A DNA stretch of 63,513 nucleotides, taken from positions 1 through 63,513 of the IMG/VR virus record IMGVR_UViG_3300021964_006691; one strand, 5' to 3'. Positions 58,217 through 63,513 of the stretch are shown here, in pieces. Each line of letters starts with the position of its first letter. Position 1 is the stretch's first letter. The notes below the pieces were generated by a model. It ran no database searches. It worked only from the letters and a program-made list of their open reading frames with translations, and was not told the DNA's origin. This DNA comes from a virus (lineage: Duplodnaviria > Caudoviricetes). A program made the translations under genes and the position numbers.

Positions 58217-59129
58217 AACCAAAAAAGTTGTATTTGTACTCACATATTTAGAACAAAAAGAATGGAATAAATTTTATCCTGCGTGGATGTTTAACCAAGT
58301 CTACACAGATTATCAATTTATAATTTTAGATAATGGCAACCAGTCCATAATGAAGGAATGGTGTAACTTAACTGGCTCCTACTATTACTCTTCTGAGTAT
58401 AATATTGGAAGCAGTGGCGGTTATAACTGGATTTTTAAATCTGCAGAGCTATTAGGATTAAAACGAGCCGCATTACTACAAGCAGATGTAGAAATAATTA
58501 ATAAAGAATGTTTAGATAAGTTATTTGATGACAAATGGCAGGAAAACGACATACCTTTTTGGCCACAAGAGCCTAGAGCAAATTGGGACCAAAATCCAGA
58601 TAACGAAGGCGGAACCTATAACTTAGGCCAGTTTTTTAGTTTTAATCCTACATACCTATTAGAAAACAACCTGTTAGTAGACGAAAACTATGTTGTAACA
58701 CATTTTGATGATGCTGACTTAATGAGAAGAATGCTGGAGGCAGGCACAAAACCACATAACCTTTTACTAGACTTTCCGTCTTTAGATTGTATGCCTGACA
58801 AAGATAACTTAGCAAACTCTGTGCCAGGTTTATATAACATGCACCACTTTAGCAGTAAGCAATCTGGCTCAGACAACCACAAAGAATGGGAAGTTTTAAA
58901 TCAGCCATATCATAATAAAAAATGGTTTAAGAATTCAGACCATGCCTGGGAAACACCATTTGGTCATTGCGAGCCAGAATCTAAACCCACAATTACAGAC
59001 TATAAACGCCTTGATTACAATAAAAAAGAGCCACATAGTCATAAATGGTTACCACTTGGCTATCCACCTTATCCAGTAGAGCATGAGTTAAATAGATTTT
59101 GGGAAGAACTAACCAAAAATAGTACATAA
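58206..59129 (+). CDS. Glycosyltransferase family 2-like
   Basis: IILDNG, NIGSSGGYN, QADV, FDDAD. Confidence 0.7.
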   Translation: MDHKTKKVVFVLTYLEQKEWNKFYPAWMFNQVYTDYQFIILDNGNQSIMKEWCNLTGSYYYSSEYNIGSSGGYNWIFKSAELLGLKRAALLQADVEIINKECLDKLFDDKWQENDIPFWPQEPRANWDQNPDNEGGTYNLGQFFSFNPTYLLENNLLVDENYVVTHFDDADLMRRMLEAGTKPHNLLLDFPSLDCMPDKDNLANSVPGLYNMHHFSSKQSGSDNHKEWEVLNQPYHNKKWFKNSDHAWETPFGHCEPESKPTITDYKRLDYNKKEPHSHKWLPLGYPPYPVEHELNRFWEELTKNST

Positions 59130-59223
59130 TGTACTATATCTAGTATAAAAGGCTTGACATACATACAAGATATGCTATTATAAGACAGTAAGAAATTAAT
59201 CTTACACATTATAGGAGTAATAA

Positions 59224-59424
59224 ATGAACTTTATAACTAACACATTAATTGGAATAGGTGCTTTTTCTGTAATCGCAGGAACAATTTTAATAGCAGAATA
59301 TATTTTATCAGGAATAGGCTTTACGTCAGAGCAAATTGGCACAGGCTTAATGATTGGCGCCTTTTTAATTATTGCACCACTATTTGGGGATCTAACCAGA
59401 TCAGTATTTAAGCTCAACAAGTAG
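59224..59424 (+). CDS. Small two-TM protein
   Basis: Promoter 59154; AGGAG RBS. Confidence 0.65.
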   Translation: MNFITNTLIGIGAFSVIAGTILIAEYILSGIGFTSEQIGTGLMIGAFLIIAPLFGDLTRSVFKLNK

Positions 59425-59458
59425 TTGACAAACTAACACAACCTGTTATAATAGATGT

Positions 59459-59941
59459 ATGACTATGCATTTAGATAACAGGTTTTCTACGATCAATACC
59501 AAAAAGTATAAAGCCAAGATTACAAAAGGTAAACTTAAAGAGCTGGAACTTAGATGGCGTCAGCATAACAAACGTATGAAGCAGAATCATATGCATCATT
59601 TAAGGTACGACACTCTACAGGAGTATATGGATTATTGTTATGGTAAAGTCAGTATGCCTGACCCTCGTGACTACAGAACATTCAAACCATTACGTGAACA
59701 ACGTAACTGGCGAGCAGTACAAGATGATGAACACAGAGAGAAGTATCCTAGTCTTATGGAAGAACAAATGAAGGCAGGTACATTTAATAGTGAAAGTATG
59801 GGACAGGGCACTAAGAAGGAGCCTATGAAGTACACAGGCGATCTTATACAAGGCATTGCTACTATGCACAAAAGTAACGCAGTACCTGTAATGAAAGGCA
59901 CAGATCAAGCAAAAGATATAGCAAGGATGCGTAGAGGATGA
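59459..59941 (+). CDS. T4-like phage hypothetical protein
   Basis: YTGDLIQGIATMHKSNAVPV...DIARMRR. Confidence 0.75.
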   Translation: MTMHLDNRFSTINTKKYKAKITKGKLKELELRWRQHNKRMKQNHMHHLRYDTLQEYMDYCYGKVSMPDPRDYRTFKPLREQRNWRAVQDDEHREKYPSLMEEQMKAGTFNSESMGQGTKKEPMKYTGDLIQGIATMHKSNAVPVMKGTDQAKDIARMRRG

Positions 59942-60168
59942 AGAAAGAAGAAATAGTTACACTAATAGAAAACCTGCACCCAGAAGATAAACAAGGAAAT
60001 ATAGAAGCAATCTTTATAGGTAGGCACGGTGAGGTTATTAAAACAGACAGTATCAGATTAGATATGGATGGTGGACGATTAATAATTGTACAAGAAGGCA
60101 CAGACCAATATGTTAGTAATAAGGAAAATTGGGAACAAGAGCTAGAGTTTTGTAGGAATAGGCAGTAG
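59938..60168 (+). CDS. Hypothetical protein
   Basis: ATGA overlap. Confidence 0.6.
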   Translation: MKKEEIVTLIENLHPEDKQGNIEAIFIGRHGEVIKTDSIRLDMDGGRLIIVQEGTDQYVSNKENWEQELEFCRNRQ

Positions 60169-60359
60169 TGAATCTAGATCATATTATGATACCCAAAGGC
60201 TGGAAACTGCCTGAGTGTAATCACCCAATAGAAAAATGGTGTAGTAATTGCGACAGAGATTATGTTACATATGAAAAAATTCCACACTTTAGGAAGTATA
60301 AAGAGTTTCATGTGTGGACAGATAAAGAATTTGACGAGGAAATGAGGAATGCCAAATAG
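60168..60359 (+). CDS. Hypothetical protein with CxH/CxxC
   Basis: CNH...WCSNC. Confidence 0.5.
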   Translation: MNLDHIMIPKGWKLPECNHPIEKWCSNCDRDYVTYEKIPHFRKYKEFHVWTDKEFDEEMRNAK

Positions 60360-60651
60360 ACAAGAGTTTCATCCAGATGAGATTAAGAACAGTAATAGAA
60401 TTCAGAAGAGTGCTACCCCCAAATATGATGTAAGTTGGTATGTAAAATGGACAGCCAGCTCATTTATTTTAGCAAGTATGACTATGAGAGGAATACCTGA
60501 ACTGGCATTTTACGATATTATGCTGAGTCTATTCGGTGTGACAGGCTGGTGTATAGTAGGAATACTTTGGAAAGACAGGGCACTGATACTGTTAAACGGA
60601 GTAGGCATAGTATTATTTTTAAGAACATTACTACAGGATTATATGTTATAA
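60349..60651 (+). CDS. Small membrane protein
   Basis: WYVKW, GW..VG.LW.DRALI.LN. Confidence 0.7.
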   Translation: MPNRQEFHPDEIKNSNRIQKSATPKYDVSWYVKWTASSFILASMTMRGIPELAFYDIMLSLFGVTGWCIVGILWKDRALILLNGVGIVLFLRTLLQDYML

Positions 60652-61028
60652 TGGAAAAATCATTTAAAGAACAGGTAAAAACATTAGACACTACCAGCAA
60701 GGCAGGACAACTAGCACGTGAGTTAAATGCAGAGCGTAACAGACTTAAACAGGAACTAGAAGAAGCACAGGTACAGGTTGAGGACTTAACACCGGTCACG
60801 CCTGAGGGTACTATAGACAGTTATATAAAATGGTTAGCAACTGGTTTAGCAGTTACAGGTGTCTTTTTACAGAGTGCTGAGTTTATGACAATGGGCAAAA
60901 TAGCCTATGCACTCAGCAGTATTGCCTGGGTATATGTAGGAAATTGCTGGAACGATAAAGCAATTATGATAGGTAGTGCTATAACAGGCACAGCAGTACT
61001 AATGAATTTAGCAGAGTTAATACAATGA
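60651..61028 (+). CDS. Membrane protein related to the upstream gene (start reassigned to ATG 60651)
   Basis: SYIKW...W.YVG..WNDKAIM parallels 60349-60651. Confidence 0.65.
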   Translation: MEKSFKEQVKTLDTTSKAGQLARELNAERNRLKQELEEAQVQVEDLTPVTPEGTIDSYIKWLATGLAVTGVFLQSAEFMTMGKIAYALSSIAWVYVGNCWNDKAIMIGSAITGTAVLMNLAELIQ

Positions 61029-61273
61029 CAGAGATACCAAAAGGGCATGGCGCATGGCACGGCGGAAAAGGTTCAGTACCTAAAGATGCCAATAATAAAA
61101 ATTATGCAGATAATTGGGATAAGATATTTGGTAAGGATAAGAAAGTAAAGGACGATTTTTCAGACAGAGCTAGACCAGATGGACTTATATGGGAGAGAGA
61201 TAAAATTAAAAACGATGGGCCACCAATGCCTAACGGATTACAAAGAGCGTGGGAACGCAAGGATAAAAAATGA
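61025..61273 (+). CDS. Small hypothetical protein
   Basis: HGGKGS....Y.DNWDKIF. Confidence 0.65.
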   Translation: MTEIPKGHGAWHGGKGSVPKDANNKNYADNWDKIFGKDKKVKDDFSDRARPDGLIWERDKIKNDGPPMPNGLQRAWERKDKK

Positions 61274-61518
61274 TAACAATACCAGACTTAATTGGATTTA
61301 CAGGAGTAGCATTATTAATAATAACTTATGCTATGTTACAATTAGATAAAATAGACCCCAAAGGTTTTTGGTATAGTTTTAATAATTTAATAGTTGCTAT
61401 CCTTGTTACTGTTAGTTTAGTTTACACACCCAACTTAGCAAGTTTAGTTATAGAGTTCTTTTGGTTTATTATAAGTGTCTATGGTATTGTGATGTACTTT
61501 AAAAGACGTAATGTATAA
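61270..61518 (+). CDS. Small three-TM membrane protein
   Basis: DLIGFTG..L...Y..LQ; IEFFW..IS.YG. Confidence 0.7.
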   Translation: MITIPDLIGFTGVALLIITYAMLQLDKIDPKGFWYSFNNLIVAILVTVSLVYTPNLASLVIEFFWFIISVYGIVMYFKRRNV

Positions 61519-61798
61519 ACACAGGATTATAGAATGCAACGTTAATGATTCTTCTGATTGGGATTGGATATATGACGAAGCAGTACAAAACACTCTAGCA
61601 AATTATTTTAATTGGGCTGAGGAACATAAATCAGAAGTACATTTTGAGAAGAGCTGGGCAGACGTATCTTACAGTTTGACTATGCAGGTAGATGCAAAGT
61701 TTGATGACAGAGATACTTATGCATTATTTAAATTAACGTTTGGTAATGAGCCTTACACTAAGTTAGACACACATAAAATGGAATTCACACATGGCTAA
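61511..61798 (+). CDS. Hypothetical protein
   Basis: 95-aa ORF in operon. Confidence 0.6.
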   Translation: MYKHRIIECNVNDSSDWDWIYDEAVQNTLANYFNWAEEHKSEVHFEKSWADVSYSLTMQVDAKFDDRDTYALFKLTFGNEPYTKLDTHKMEFTHG

Positions 61799-62042
61799 AG
61801 CAAGTAAAAGACAAGCATTTAAAGAATCATTAAGCGATACAGCATTAGCATTTGCAATGAATGTGCCTATAGGATTTGGTATAATTGCATTTGCAAACTG
61901 GGTAGGCATTGTTGCTGTCACATACGAACAAAATGTACAATTGGTTATATTACAGAACATAGTTTTTACAACTGTAGCAATTATCAGAAAGACTTATGTG
62001 CGAGTATGGTTTGAAAATAGACGTATTAAAGGGTTGACATAA
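61791..62042 (+). CDS. Small membrane protein
   Basis: KESLSDT; two TMs; IRKTYVRVWF. Confidence 0.65.
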   Translation: MAKASKRQAFKESLSDTALAFAMNVPIGFGIIAFANWVGIVAVTYEQNVQLVILQNIVFTTVAIIRKTYVRVWFENRRIKGLT

Positions 62043-62068
62043 ACACACATCTGTATCATAATACTATT

Positions 62069-62569
62069 ATGAAAATACAAAACTATACACAAGACGGATT
62101 TGAGAAGGTTTGCGATGTTATTATACATCCTGACAGAGAAGACCAATGGTCATATGAAAATGTAAACAGAAAATATGTTGGTGATGACCATACAAGTTGG
62201 TTATACTTTATTGTTAAAAACGATGATATAATGAAGTGTGGCGAGTCAGGAAATCCTTTATTACTACAAACTTCTAACAGTGACAAGAAGAATCCAGTAT
62301 GGAAAAAAGGTACATTCAGTAGACTAGGCAGGTATATGAATGGCGACACAACTGATGTTGTAATACGTGAAGCTCTATTTGAAGATGTAAGAACAGGTAC
62401 AGTTAGCATTTGGGCTAAAAAATGTAAGATCACAAAAGTTAAAGTAGACATTATGGGCGAAGCACATTTTGTAGAGAGAACATCACACAAAGATATGGAA
62501 ATGCTATATCTGGACCATTTTGTAACAGAATATGGTAGTTTGCCGCCATTAAATAAGGGCAGAAAGTAG
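62069..62569 (+). CDS. Hypothetical protein, possibly divergent GIY-YIG-like nuclease
   Basis: LYFIV....MKCGES...RL..Y...E...L....G.LPPLN. Confidence 0.5.
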   Translation: MKIQNYTQDGFEKVCDVIIHPDREDQWSYENVNRKYVGDDHTSWLYFIVKNDDIMKCGESGNPLLLQTSNSDKKNPVWKKGTFSRLGRYMNGDTTDVVIREALFEDVRTGTVSIWAKKCKITKVKVDIMGEAHFVERTSHKDMEMLYLDHFVTEYGSLPPLNKGRK

Positions 62570-62609
62570 AAAAAAGATAAATAACTTTGCAATAAAGAAG
62601 AGCAAGGGC

Positions 62610-63001
62610 AAAAGGATCGTAAGTGAATGGAGTCTACTGCAAATCCAAATTGCATGTAGAGTCAATGGAGATGATACACAAGGTAAGTGAATCGTAAGAA
62701 ACACAAACCGAATGGTAACAAGGAAGTAGACCTACATTATGTATTAGGGGGTTGGCAACAACTCGGTAATACAGGAAGATTAAATCTTCAAAAGAGCACG
62801 GGCTATTGCTATATGGAAATAGTCTTCAAAAGTGCTCGGATTTATTCATCCAAGTTTAGAATGATGCTTAGGCATTATCTATTTGGGGTATCCAACAAAG
62901 GACTGAGAATGGCAACACTCGAAGTAACCAAGAAGTATACCAAGTAGGATAGAGGAACAGGACACACACTAACGAATGCTCCTCTACCCCGCGATCTTTT
63001 T
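62610..63001 (+). ncRNA. Candidate large structured non-coding RNA (~390 nt)
   Basis: Late promoter 62576; 11-bp closing helix AAAAGGATCGT/GCGATCTTTTT; at least 7 internal hairpins. Confidence 0.6.
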
Positions 63002-63043
63002 ATTCGCCAATAGGGTTTAAAAAGAACTAGTAAAATAAATTAA

Positions 63044-63071
63044 CTTGCTTTTTAAAGGAGATAATATCATG
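63044..63071 (+). promoter_or_regulatory. ROSE-like RNA thermometer hairpin
   Basis: CTTGCT pairs with SD AGGAG with a bulged G, upstream of hsp20. Confidence 0.55.
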
Positions 63072-63513
63072 GTAAGCAAACAATTTCGTATCACTTCTGA
63101 TACACTAAACCCACTATATAGAGCCACAGTCGGATTTGACAGACTATTCAATGAGTTCGAAACTCAAATGAATTCTGCAACAAATTCACAAGGCTATCCA
63201 CCATACAACATCAGTAAAGACGGTGATGATCTGTATTCAATTACATTGGCTATTGCAGGATTTAAAAAGTCCGAAATAGATATTGAGTTGGAAGACGGCA
63301 ACTTACTTATTACTGGTACCATTAAACCTGATGAGTCCGGATATATGGATGACATCGAGTTTTTACATAAAGGTATTGCAGAGAGAGACTTTGTAAGAAG
63401 TTTTAAACTTGCTGAGTATGTGGAGGTTAAGAGTGCAAAATTAGAAGACGGTCTTCTAAAAGTCGAACTATTCAGAAATGTTCCTGACGCACTTAAACCA
63501 CAAAAAATCAAAG
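63069..63513 (+). CDS. ibpA: Small heat-shock protein Hsp20/IbpA (runs off window end; missing from ORF track)
   Basis: LYRATVGFDRLF, YPPYNI, LAIAGF, FLHKGIAERDF.RSF.LAEYVEV..A.LEDGLL. Confidence 0.95.
   Translation, partial: MVSKQFRITSDTLNPLYRATVGFDRLFNEFETQMNSATNSQGYPPYNISKDGDDLYSITLAIAGFKKSEIDIELEDGNLLITGTIKPDESGYMDDIEFLHKGIAERDFVRSFKLAEYVEVKSAKLEDGLLKVELFRNVPDALKPQKIK

Noticed and set aside
62687-62947. 86-aa ORF in the track
   Set aside because: GTG start, no recognisable motifs, and it lies across a dense set of hairpins; a structured RNA explains the region better (not formally excluded)
62610-63001. RNase P RNA or tmRNA identity for the large structured element
   Set aside because: No GAGGAAAGTC / AGAACCCGGC P4 strands, and no tRNA-Ala-like ends or T-loop
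63194-63511. 105-aa minus-strand ORF
   Set aside because: Antisense to the clear hsp20 gene starting at 63069
1-63513. Alternative genetic code or stop-codon reassignment
   Set aside because: Conserved genes are full length under code 11, and TAA, TAG and TGA all end genes; no suppressor tRNA seen

Overview
AT-rich, densely coding 63.5 kb segment of a large T4-like (myovirus/jumbo-type) bacteriophage. The host is probably an aquatic gammaproteobacterium, judged from the E. coli-like NrdAB, FdxA and IbpA. Core phage genes: class Ia ribonucleotide reductase (nrdA/nrdB), ATP-dependent DNA ligase, exonucleases, a PAAR spike, virion proteins and three tRNAs (Thr-UGU, Ala-UGC, Glu-UUC). Host-takeover or auxiliary genes: ClpX, bS21, peptide deformylase, Hsp20, a ferritin-like protein, ferredoxin, UV endonuclease, QueD, S1/P1 nuclease, GH6, lipase, subtilase, a PiT-like transporter and sugar-modification enzymes. 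Two promoter classes are visible: T4-like late (G/T)ATAAATA motifs and sigma70 TTGACA-N16-TATAAT motifs. Standout unexplained signals: (1) a ~390-nt multi-hairpin non-coding element behind its own late promoter at 62.6-63.0 kb, plus smaller candidate RNAs at 34.0-34.2 kb and 49.8-49.95 kb; (2) a family of probable head-cargo polyproteins with capsid-targeting-like N-termini and Glu-delimited mini-modules; (3) widespread leaderless gene starts; (4) Pho-box-like repeats; (5) unannotated ArfA-like and RNAP-omega-like micro-proteins. All family assignments come from motif recognition by eye. No database searches were run.
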